The position numbers and the translations under genes are program-made. 64,000 bases of DNA from Geosiphon pyriformis uo1. Its lineage: Eukaryota > Fungi > Glomeromycota. The stretch spans positions 558,001 through 622,000 of the forward strand of contig JAAOMT010000303.1 in the NCBI GenBank assembly GCA_016748015.1, given 5' to 3'. Numbering within the stretch: position 1 is the stretch's first letter; each line of letters opens with the position of its first letter. Below the pieces are notes generated by a model. The model searched no databases and was not told the origin of the DNA. It saw only the letters and a program-made list of their open reading frames with translations. Of the stretch, positions 1 through 10,388 are shown in pieces.

Positions 1-567
1 TGCCAAGCCCTTTTTTTTTATCATCATGCACATTGGTCATTGGTTGTGTGGATGATTCATCAATTTTTCTGCCAATTGCTTCAAGAAAGTGTTTGGCAAT
101 GACACTAACAGATGATCCACTGTCCAGAATTAAGTCAATGAAGTATTCAGTCACTTTGACTTTACAAATCAGAGGGGTGACATTGCTGTTGTCAGCAAGT
201 CCAGCTTGGTGAGGGTGTTTGTTGGTTTTAGGTGTCTTTTTCTTTGGAATCAGGGATTTGCGAAGATCTTTTCTGAATTGTGGATGGGTCATTAACTGGC
301 CAAAGGTAATATGTGCTGGGGTTTCTATGAGGTCTTTGACAACAGAATAGGGACTGGATTTTTGTACTATTTCTGGGGGTTTCAACTTTGGAGGGTTCTT
401 GAAAACTTTGGCTTTTGGGGGCTCATTGTTGTTAGCAGTTGATGTAGAAGATTTATTGGAGTCCAGAACAAAATCAACTTTGGCTTTCTTCTTCTTTCTG
501 GTTGGTTCTGAGGTGTTAATTGCTAATTTATCCATGTCATGGTCATCATCAGTTAAGTTAAAAGTGT

Positions 568-631
568 AAAAGGGGTTTTCTTCTGGTTGGCTTGCACTCT
601 CACCCTTTGGAGTTGCACCTACCAGTTTAAA
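568..631 (-). promoter_or_regulatory. -1 ribosomal frameshift signal (T TTA AAC plus predicted pseudoknot); also at 12874-12880, 17753-17759, 32913-32919
   Basis: gag frame CCT TTA AAC TGG TAG; the -1 frame is open into pol (FKLVGA..KGESASQPEENP..NLTDDDHDMDELAIN). Confidence 0.8.
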
Positions 632-2172
632 GGCTAATAAACAGTAGCTTCAACTAGAGGATCCTCTCCAAAGAAATTGATGTTGACATGATTGGGTTTT
701 TGATTGGGGACATTGTTGTTGTTGGGTTTGTTGTTTTGGTTGTCATTGTTTCTGGGAGCTGGAGGAGGCAGTGGAGGATTGTTACAATCTCTTGAATAAT
801 GTCCAGTTAATCCACAACAATAGCACACAGGTGGGCCACGATTTTGCTGTCTTTGATAGGGAGATTGCTGGGGCTGGTTAAAACAAGATTCATATCTAGG
901 TCTTGGTGGTTGCTGGTTATTTCTAACTGCTTGTGCCAACAGTTCTAATAACCAGGCAAGGTTAGCTGTGAGTCTATCTATCAATTGTTCATTTGGGTCT
1001 TGGGTTTGGGCAGCAAAAGAAGTAGCAACCATTTGAGGAATAGGAGCCATAACAGGAGCAGGAACAAAAACTGGAAGTGTGGATCCCAAATGCATTCTTT
1101 GATTGTCTTCAATTCTTTGGGCAAGTTCAATGGCCATATCTATGGTGGGATTATCTTTTAAAGCCAAGAGAAGCCAAAGAGCATACGATAAATCAGTTCT
1201 CAATCCTTTTGTGAAGGAGTGGATCTTTTGCTCTTCAGTCCAGTTTCTACCAGAGTCTACATGCTTGATGAGTTTTTTGATTGCTTTGGCATATTCAGTC
1301 ACAATTTCATCAGGACCTTGAGTTCTTCTTTCTAATTCCATATGCCATTTGGATATTAAGATGAGAGTTCTGAATTTGTTTTCAAACCAGATAGTGAAAA
1401 AGGTGTTGTTTTCTTCAATATTTGCTGGGGTCCATCTGACAATTCTTTGTTGAGCACCAGCATTGGTTTTTTGTGAAAACCAGGTAGCAAGGGAGCCTTG
1501 AAAGTAGCCACCAATAATTTGGAACTTGTACTCATCATCATATTGGTTGGCAGTGGCTGCTCTTTCAAAATCATCCAACCATTCAATTGGATCTTGTGCA
1601 TCACCTCTGAATAATGGTAATGGGGTGTTGTTTCTTCGCCCCAAAGCAGTTTGTATGTCTTGGAGGGCGGCTAGGATGTTTGCTTGTATTGAATCTTGGG
1701 CCATTGGTTCAGGAGTTACTGTTTGAATAGAATAATTTGAATCACTTGGGAAGAAATCAAAAATAGGAGTGGTTTGATAACTTTCTTCTTCTGTTTCAAA
1801 ATTGGTTTCAGCTGATTGATGGGCAGCAATCCAGATGTGAATTTGGTGATTTAGATATTCGAATTCAGAAGGTTGTTGTTCAAAGGTTGCTGAGTATAAA
1901 AGCTGATTGATATTGTTGTTTTTTTCTTCAAAGTTGTTTTCAAAGTAAGCTTGGTCAAAGTAATAGATTGTGTAGGCTGTGTAGGTTTTAGCTGAATGCT
2001 TATTCAGGAACCAGTTCCAAAAGTCTTGAAATTGTCTACTGAATTGTTCTTCAAGAGGGAAGCAAATCAAGCAGGATGGCAAAGGATTGAGTTCAATAAA
2101 GTCTAGATTATTTCTGTTGTGTGCTTCAAAGTGTTCTGCTGATTGTTGTGGTAGGTATAAATAATCACCCAT
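619..2172 (-). pseudogene. gag: Gag of A1 (N-terminal extension, retrotransposon-gag capsid domain, CCHC knuckle)
   Basis: ORF 634..2187: PLFRGDAQDPIEWLDDFERAATANQY, RTQGPDEIVTEY, CYCCGLTGHYSRDC; premature TAG four codons before the consensus stop. Confidence 0.9.
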
Positions 2173-2199
2173 ACAATAAAGAAACAAGTGGATTTTGAC

Positions 2200-2218
2200 A
2201 ACCTCACAGGGAGCACCA
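2200..2218 (-). promoter_or_regulatory. Primer binding site, elongator tRNA-Met type (also 14452-14470, 19315-19333, 44392-44410)
   Basis: TGGTGCTCCCTGTGAGGTT on the minus strand, 6 nt inside the 5' LTR end; its complement AACCTCACAGGGAGCACCA resembles the 3' end of eukaryotic tRNA-eMet. Confidence 0.8.
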
Positions 2219-2224
2219 CTTTTA

Positions 2225-2844
2225 TGTTACAGGTTGGAGTAACAAGCTAACGGATAGCAAGGGAGAACAAGATTGTAGGGTGATGGAAATAATCAAAGGG
2301 AAATTCAACTTTAAAGAGCGAATTGAATGAGTATGGATTTAATATGTGAGATCAGTCTCATAAAATATCTCTTTTTAAGTAGAGGGATAGTCTGTACTGT
2401 CAACAATTGATCACCGGTATTAATTCTATGCCTTCACGTTGGCACTCTTAGAATTCAATATCAGATATCAACTTGTGCTCTTCAGTCACATTTATACAAA
2501 TAATCTTCAATACTACAATTATTCAAACAGGAAAAGGCCAACAAGTAATCTTTTATCCTAAGATGTTTGGATACTTGAAGGTAGAAAAAGGGAAATTAGT
2601 GATAAGAGAGTGATTGAGATAAAAGTTGTTATTTTTATTTATTTGATTCTTGTCTGAGAGATGATTTTCTACAGCTAAGAGACTCATCGCTTATATAGCT
2701 AATAAAAGTGGTCAATGACCAGATCAACAGTCAGGTCATTGATCAGGTCAATGATCACTATCTAAAAATAGAGTGGCTAATTATATGACAACAGTGGCTA
2801 ATACATGTAATAACTAATAAAAATTATGGGTTTCAACCATAACA
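2225..2844 (-). repeat. 5' LTR of A1
   Basis: TGTTAC...ATAACA termini; aligns with all other family A LTRs. Confidence 0.95.
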
Positions 2845-4070
2845 CTATCTTTTTTGACCAATACAAACCAGTTAAAGAGAGCAGCAGCAGCAGAAAAAAT
2901 GTCCTTAAAATTAACCACAGCATATTGCCATAAGCCAGCAGGCTTCAACTTAACAGAAGTAACAACACCAAAAATGCCAAGAGCAGTTTTGATGTCATCA
3001 GAAAAGGTACCCAAAGGTACATCACACAGTGCAACTGACAAGGAAAGAGAAGAAACAGAGGCCACACCAGAAGACTGTGTAATCTTAAGAGTGGTCAAAA
3101 ACACTTCATCTCTGATGGCCACTTTAGTGGCACTATTTAGACACTTCTGAGATGCAAATTCCACACAAAACAACTTAACAGCATCTCATAAAACTGATTT
3201 AAGCCCAATACAACCAGGCAGTAACTGAAACAAGGAACCAAGCAGGGCCATTTTGATTTTGAATGTAGCTCCAGGTACTAGATTGGAGGCCACCCAACCA
3301 GAGAACCTCTGACAACCATTCACATTTTCCCAAGCACCACTATCTGCAGCATCAGAAACTGGGGAAGGGACAGTTGATTCTATTTCCATCTAATTAGCCC
3401 AATCTTTGAGATCATCTGGATTGATGGACTGTTTTGCTACTGGGATTGGTGATGATCTGCTGAAGAGTACCACATCAGACAACACAGCCAGTGGTTGATC
3501 TTGGCCCATCTTGGGAGATGTGCCACTGCTGTTGCCATCCATATAAAGAAGAGGGCTGGCTGCTGCTGTGGAAATCTTACCAAAGATCTCATCTGGAACC
3601 ACAAAGGGGTTCAGTGTAACCATAGCAGTTGTGACTGCCTGCTGCTGTTTTTTGGAATTTTTGGCTTTCATGGCCATTTGTGAAACAGTAGTAGTAGAAG
3701 TAATAGTGGGAGTGGTAAAAGCAGAAAAGACCAACTTGTTGACTGGTCTGTTATTAAAAATCTTTGGGCTTTTTGAAGTAGTAAAGACAACACTGGAACT
3801 AACCCAAGTATGTCTTTTTGAAGGAACTTTGACTGGAGAAGAAATACCAGTCAAAGGTGAAAAAAATGAACCAAAAGCCACTAAAGGCAGCTTATCACTA
3901 ATATTTTTTAAGGGAAATGTTGCCAGAACATTTTGTCTAGCTGCTTTAATAACAGAGAGACCCTTTCATGTTAAAACTTTATTAGTTACTATAGGAAAAG
4001 TAACATTTGCAACTTTTTTACTCTTAGCTCTATTCGTGGTTATGAAATTTTAGGAGAGAAAAAATTTTTC
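2845..4070 (-). mobile_element. Family C ORF1-only element, copy C1 (5' half; the rest lies beyond A1, outside the window)
   Basis: ORFs 3390..3881, 3186..3389 and 2814..3173 are colinear with other C copies; the 5' end motif is present near 4050-4070. Confidence 0.88.
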
Positions 4071-4916
4071 ATCTTTAGATCATCATTGTTGTTATCTATT
4101 GATTTTTTTTGTGCTTTATCTGTCAATTGATCAGTTTTTTTTGCATAGATTTTCCATTGCATTTCAGATGCTTTTTTAACATCAATCATAATTGTGCTAC
4201 TCTTCTTTCTCCCAGATCTAGATTTTTTTATTGTCTGTCAAGATTCTGTCAAATCCAATAATTGTTATTACTGCTTTGTGATCAGTGCTAAATGATTCAT
4301 TAACATCAATCACTTCAATGTTTGTGACCAGTAAGGCTGTGACTGCATCAGTAAACACATAGTCCAATTTTTTTTGTACTCTATTTGATGCCCATGTCTT
4401 TTCTGAATTGTTTGTTGCATACACTCCATGTGTATTCACTAAATTCATTTGTTGTAATGTTGTAGCAATGGGACAAGCTTTGACCATATTTGTAGCATAT
4501 GTTTTTTCAAGTAATTTGGATGACAGATCTTCATTCAAATCACCTGCAACTATGATTATATCTTTGTTTTGCACAATGTTTCCCAAAAGTTTCCTGATTT
4601 TCTTAGCTACTGCTCTCTCAGTAGGCAATTTGGAAGCAGACATATACAGCCCTACTATGTGCACACTGATTTTACCTCTAAATTTTAACCCCAAATGTAA
4701 CAGCCTCTCATGATATCTTTTAATTGTTTCTACATGGTATATCCAACATTTTTTGACCAGTATACTAACACCAGTTCCCATTTGTTTCTCTGTGCTTGAC
4801 TCCCAAAAGACATGATATTCATTAGAACCAAAAAATACATCCTTTTTTTTTGTTAAAGTTATTTTAGTTTCTGTAATAATCACAAAGTCAAATTGTTTTT
4901 CACTAATCCAACATAG
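4071..4916 (-). pseudogene. LINE D ORF2, apurinic-type endonuclease (APE) domain; continues from 20017-20075 across the A2 insertion
   Basis: WKIGTVNVKGLNNPGK at ~20020-20070 joins to CWISEKQFDFVIITETK...GTGVSILV...AGDLN...TW...LDYVF...TDHKAV. Confidence 0.9.
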
Positions 4917-5593
4917 TGTTATGGGTTGGAGTAACAAGCTAATGGATAGCAAGGGAAAACAGGATTGTAGGGTGATGAAAATAATCAAAGAGGAATTCAA
5001 CTTTAAAGAGTGAATTGAATGAGTATGGATTTAATATGCGAGATTAGTCTTATAAAATATCTTAGTCACTATTCTTTTCAAAGGTAATTAGGGAATCTGA
5101 AGATAGAAGGATAGTCTATACTGTCAACAATTAATCACCACTGGTATAATTCTATGCCTCATGTTGGTGCTCTTAGAATTCAATATCAGATATCAACTTG
5201 TGCTTTTCAGTCATGTTTATTCAAATAATCTTTAAATGCTACAATTATATACGTCAGGAAAAAGCCAACAAGTAATCTTTTATCTTTAAGATGTTCAGAT
5301 ACTTGAAGGTAGGGAAAGAGAAATTAGCAATAAGAGAAGGATTAAGATGAAAGTTGTTATTTTATTTATTCTTTATTATTCAGATGCTTGTTATTACATG
5401 CTTTTCTACAGTTAAGAGATTCATTACTTATATAGCTGTCAAAAGTAGTCAATAATCAGGTCAACGGTCAGGTTAACAGTCAGGTCATTGATTAGGTCAA
5501 TGATCACTTTCTAAAAATAATGTGGCTAATCATATGACATCAGTAGCTAATACATGTGATAATTAATAAGAAGTATAGGTCTCAACCGTAATA
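4917..5593 (-). repeat. 3' LTR of A2
   Basis: Pairs with 19340-20016 (same subfamily indels, five 12-bp units each); polypurine tract (PPT) adjacent. Confidence 0.95.
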
Positions 5594-6219
5594 TTATCTT
5601 TTCTAAAGAGATTGAGCTCCAGTGAAATCAAGCTATTTATAGTGTAATCTATTTGAAGAGTTTTATCTAACTCAAAGCTAACTAATTTATTGAAGTCTTT
5701 TGTAGATAAGGTGTATAATACTTAAGGTAAAATGAGTTTTGTATCCAAGAGATTAAATCTTTGTATTAGAGCTTTGGCTCTTCTAGCAATGGTTAAAACT
5801 CTTGGAACATCTAATTGTATAATGCCCAAAATTTCTGCCTGTATCTCTGAAGTTGTTTTCTTCATAAGCTTCATGTCATTTATGATTTCACCAAAACGAC
5901 CATAGAGCTCTAGTTGTTTTCCATATGACAAGTTTTTGTCTATGGATAAGATTTCTTTAATTGTTTTTCCAAGTGTGGTGGAAGATACAAGTATTGCTGC
6001 TGTTATACTTTCTAGCAGATATTTATCCATTTTGCTACCAATTTTTTCTCTTCTGGTAGTTGTTTTCTTTGGTCTAATAACAGTATGTGTTCCACTGTTA
6101 TCAGTTATGGTAGTCTGTTTTCCATTGATCAAAGTAGCATTTGGATAGTTTTTAATCCAATACTCATGGAAAATATAGAAAGCATTTTGAATGTTTTGAT
6201 CCAGAAAATAATTGTTTAT
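5563..6219 (-). pseudogene. Accessory ORF3 of A2 (unknown function)
   Basis: 657 nt, same length as in A3 and A4; one internal stop; ends inside the 3' LTR. Confidence 0.8.
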
Positions 6220-6260
6220 GTCAATTGAAGATACTTCTGTTTTGGGAATAATGCATTTAT

Positions 6261-7574
6261 TTATACTTGATTTTTGTTGATCATTTGAGTCAGTATTATC
6301 ACAACAGGCAACCAATCAGGTCGTTTGTAATATTTTTTGAGTTGCATGCCATGAACAGGTTAATTGTTAAAAATTGTTCTGGATTGATCTTGAAAAATAT
6401 AAGAACTATTGTTCAAAACTTTGTTGACTATAAAGGGTCTTTTCCACTGGCTAGAGAATTTATCACTATAGACATTGTTTCTATCTGAACAGTATTCTAA
6501 TACCAAGTCACCAATACTTAAAAAAAGTGTTTTATAGGTTTTCTTCTTTTTAAGCTTTTTTTGAAACTGTTTTATCTTTTCAAAAGCAACTATTTGTGCT
6601 TTTACCAATGAGTCAAGAATGGTATCAAGTCTTTTTTGCAAAATGTCTTTGTAATTTGCTATTGTGATCTCTTCAAAGAGTATTGTTTCAATGTCAATTT
6701 CTATTGGTAGTGTTGCTATGTATCCATAGAGCAGATAAAAGGGTTCATAACTTGTTATGTCATGATTCACAGTTCTATAGGCAAACAAGGCTGAAGGCAG
6801 TACTTTGTCCCATAAGTTTGTTTCTTTGCTGGTTTTGGCTAGGGTTTCACATAGTGTTTTATTAAAACATTCCACTAGGCTATTTGTTTGGAGGTGATAA
6901 AAAGAGGAAAGTTTGTGACATATTCCCATTTTTCTGCAAAGTTCTTCAACAAGTATATTGAGAAAAGCTTTTTCTCTGTCAGATAAAAGTTCTTTGGGAC
7001 AGCCATAGTGACAAATAATATCTTTATAAATGAAATTGGCTATTGAGACTGCTGTTTGGTCTGGAGTGGTTCTTGTTTCTACCTACTTTGTAAGATAGTC
7101 AGTAGCTGTGATAATGTATCTGTTGCCATCAGGAGTTATTGTTAAAGGTCCAACAACATCTATACCAATTTTGTTAAAGGGTTGACCAACAGAGATTGGA
7201 TGGATATCTTCTTTGTGATTGGGTTTTTCTCTTCTTTGGCAGGTATCACAGGTTTTAATGTACTCAGCAATGTTTTTTCCCAAGGTAGGCCAATAATAGT
7301 GAGCTAGAGTTTTCTGAATTGGTTTTGTTTTTCCAAAGTGTCCAGCTAATGGATTAATGTGCATGTTATAAATCACAATTTCTTTTTCTTCAAATTTTAT
7401 GACTCTCTGGGAGTGGTCAAGATCTTTTCTGTTTCTTTTGTATAGTTGGTTCTGGCGGATCAAATAGAAATTTGATTGTTTGCACAAATGTTCTCTTTGT
7501 TGTTGATTGTATTCCAGTAGGTATTGTTCTTTATCCAAAAATTCCATTAAGGCATAGTAGTTGTCCAAGTCCAT
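6261..7574 (-). pseudogene. Integrase of A2 (separate ORF starting MDLDNY)
   Basis: HHCC (H..AGHFG..YYWP..CDTCQ), GIDVVGP, TNSLVE, GPF/Y-type tail; no chromodomain seen. Confidence 0.92.
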
Positions 7575-8311
7575 TATTGAGTTTGGTTATGAGAGAATTA
7601 CTAATAATTAGGTTGGTTTGGTTTGAGGTAGTTGTACTGTTACTGGATAGTAAGTCTAAAGAGAGTGTTGGCATTTTGATAATGTGCTTCTTTGCAATTG
7701 TTACAGGTTGGAGTAACAAGCTAACAGATAGCAAGGAAGAACAGGATTGTAGGGTGATAGAAATAATCAAAGGGGAATTCAACCTTAAAGAGTGAATTGA
7801 ATGAGTATGGATTCAATGTGCGAGATCAGTCTCATAAAATATCTCAGTCGCTATTCTTTTCAAAAAGTAACAAGGGAATCTGAAGATAGAGGAATAGTCC
7901 GTACTGTCAACAATTGATCACCACTAGTATAATTCTATGTCTCACGTCGGTGCTCTTAGAATTCAATATCAGGTATCAACTTGTGTTTTTCAGTCATGTT
8001 TATTTAAATAATCTTCAAATGCTACAATTATATATGTCAGAAAAAGGCCGACAAGTAATTTTTTATTCTAAAATGTTTGGATACTTGAAGGTAGGAAAAG
8101 GGAAATTAGCAATAAAAGAGTGATTGAGATGAAAGTTGTTATTTTTATTTATTTGATTCTTGTCTAAGAGATGATTTTTTACAGCTAAGAGACTTATTGC
8201 TTATATAGCTATTGAAAGTGGTCAATGACCAGGTCAACAACTAGGTCAATGATTACTATCTAAAAATAGAGTGGCTAATTATATGACATCAGTGACTAAT
8301 ACATGTAATAA

Positions 8312-8968
8312 CTAATAAAAATTATGGGTTTCAACTGTAACATCATCCTTTCCAAAGAGATTGAGCTCTGGCGAAATCAAGCTATTTATAAGGTATTCTA
8401 ATTGAAGAGTTTTGTCTAACTCAAAACTAACTAGTTTGTTGAAGTCTTTTGTGGATAGAGTATATAGTACTTGAGGTGAAATAAGCTTTGTATCCAAGAG
8501 ACCAAATCTTTGTATAAGAGTTTTGGCTCTTCTTACAATGGTCAAAACTCTTGAGACATCTAAATATATAATGCCCAAAATTTCCACTTGTATCTCTGAA
8601 GTTGTTTTCTTCATGAGCTTCATTTCTTCTATGATTTCACCAAGATGACCATAGAGTTCTAGTTGCCTTTCATATAACAAGTTTTTGTCTATGGGCAAGA
8701 TTTCCTTAATTGTTTTTCCAATTGTCATGGAAGATGTAAGTATTGCTGCTGTTATGCTTTCCAGCAAATACTTATCTATTTTGCTACCAATTTTTTCTCT
8801 TCTGGTAGTGGTTTTCTTTGGTTTAATAACAGTATGTGTTCCACTGTTATCAGTTATGGTGGTTTGTTTTCCAATAATCAGAGTAGCATTTGGATAATTT
8901 TTGATCCAGTACTCATAGAGAGTGTAGAAAGCATTTTGAATGTTTTGATCTAGAAAATAATTGTTCAT
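8312..8968 (-). CDS. Accessory ORF3 of A3, intact 218 aa, unknown function
   Basis: Open from ATG (MNNYFLDQ) through the PPT to a stop 31 nt inside the 3' LTR; homologous copies in A2, A4, A5 and A6. Confidence 0.75.
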   Translation of the reverse strand: MNNYFLDQNIQNAFYTLYEYWIKNYPNATLIIGKQTTITDNSGTHTVIKPKKTTTRREKIGSKIDKYLLESITAAILTSSMTIGKTIKEILPIDKNLLYERQLELYGHLGEIIEEMKLMKKTTSEIQVEILGIIYLDVSRVLTIVRRAKTLIQRFGLLDTKLISPQVLYTLSTKDFNKLVSFELDKTLQLEYLINSLISPELNLFGKDDVTVETHNFY

Positions 8969-9009
8969 GTTGATTGAAGATACCTCTGTTTTGGGAATGA
9001 TGCATTTAT

Positions 9010-10323
9010 TTATATCTGATTTTTGCTGATTATTTGGGTCAGTATTACCACAACAGATAACCAATCAGGTTGTTTGTAATATTTCTTGAGTCGTGTGCCA
9101 TGAACAGGGCAATCACTGAATATTGTTCTATATTGATCTTGTAGGATATATGAATCATTGTTCAAAACTTTGTTGACTATAAAAAATCTTTTCCAGCAGC
9201 TGGAAAATTTATCACCATAGACATTGTCTCTGTCTGAACGGTATTCCAAAACTAAGTCACCAACACTTAAGGAAAGTGTTTTATAGGTCTTTTTCTTTTT
9301 GAGCTTCTCTTGGAACTGTTTTATCTTTTCAAAGGCAATTATCCATGCTTCTACCAATGAGTCAAGAATGGTACCAAGTCTTCTTTGCAAAATGTCCTTG
9401 TAATCTTCTATTGTTATTTCTTCAAAAGGTATTGTTTCTATATCTATTTTTATTGGTAGAGTTGTCATTCGTCCATAAAGCAGATAAAAGGGTTCATAAC
9501 TTGTTATGTCCTGATTCACAGTTCTGTAGACAAACAAAGCTGAAGACAATACTTTGTCCCATAGGTTGGTTTCTTTACTGGTTTTGGCTAGGGTTTCACA
9601 TAGTGTTCTATTAAAACGTTTTACTAAGCCATTTGTTTGGAGGTGATAAGGGGAAGAGAGTTTATGATGTATTCCCATTTTTCTGCAAAGTTCTTCAACC
9701 AGTATATTGAGAAAAGCTCTTTCTCTATCAGATAAAAGTTCTTTGGGGCAGCTGTGGTGACAGATAATATCTTTATAAATGAAATTGGCTATTGAGACTG
9801 CTGTTTGATCTGAAGTGGCTCTTGCTTCTACCCACTTTGTAAGATAGTCAGTAGCTGTGATAATGTATCTGTTGCCATCAGGAGTTACTGTTAAAGATCT
9901 AACAACATCTATACCAATTCTGTCAAATGGTTGACCAACAGAGATCAAATGGATATCTCCCTTGCAATTGGGTTTTCCTCTTCTTTGGCAGGTATCACAG
10001 GTTTTGATGTATTCAGCAATGTCTTTTCCCAAGGTAGGCCAATAATAGCGAGTTAAAGTTTTCTGAATCATTTTTGTTTTTCCAAAATGTCCAGCTAATG
10101 GATCAGAGTGCATATTGTAGATCACAATTTCTCTTTCTTCAAATCCAATGACTCTTTGGGGGCGGTCAGGATCTTTTCTATTTCTTTTATATAACTGGTT
10201 CTGGCAAATTAAATAGAAATTTGATTGTTTGCGCAAATGTTCTCTTTGCTGTTGAGTATAGTCTGGCAGGTATTATCCTTTACCCAAAAATTCCATTAAG
10301 GCAGAGTAGTTGTTCAAGTCCAT
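9010..10323 (-). pseudogene. Integrase of A3
   Basis: ORF 9010..10236 with HHCC and rve core; upstream ATG GAC TTG at 10323. Confidence 0.92.
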
Positions 10324-10388
10324 TATTGTGTTTGTTTGTGGGGGAGTTACAAATAATTAAGTTGGGTTGGTTTAAGAGGGTTTTACTA

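Larger units (their letters stand above)
1..2844 (-). mobile_element. Ty3/Gypsy family A copy A1 (5' half: 5' LTR, PBS, gag, start of pol/protease), inserted in family C copy C1
   Basis: LTR 2225-2844 with TG...CA ends; PBS at 2200-2218; gag with CYCCGLTGHYSRDC knuckle; protease LILDSGSSVSVI near 95-130; right flank CTAT. Confidence 0.93.

Noticed and set aside
4218-5000. Apparent signal-peptide-bearing endonuclease ORF (similar starts at 7531..7782 and 20901..21086)
   Set aside because: The hydrophobic N-terminus is the LTR-A end read from a TTG and fused by insertion to whatever flanks it; it is a chimera, not a gene
7788-7890. Functional intron-containing tRNA-Met gene in the LTR
   Set aside because: No T-arm/B-box (GTTCRA) or acceptor stem flanks the anticodon-arm pieces, so it is not called as a tRNA; kept as a finding
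8312-8968. env gene or chromodomain after integrase
   Set aside because: No signal peptide, transmembrane helix or chromodomain aromatic pattern (Y.VKW.GY)
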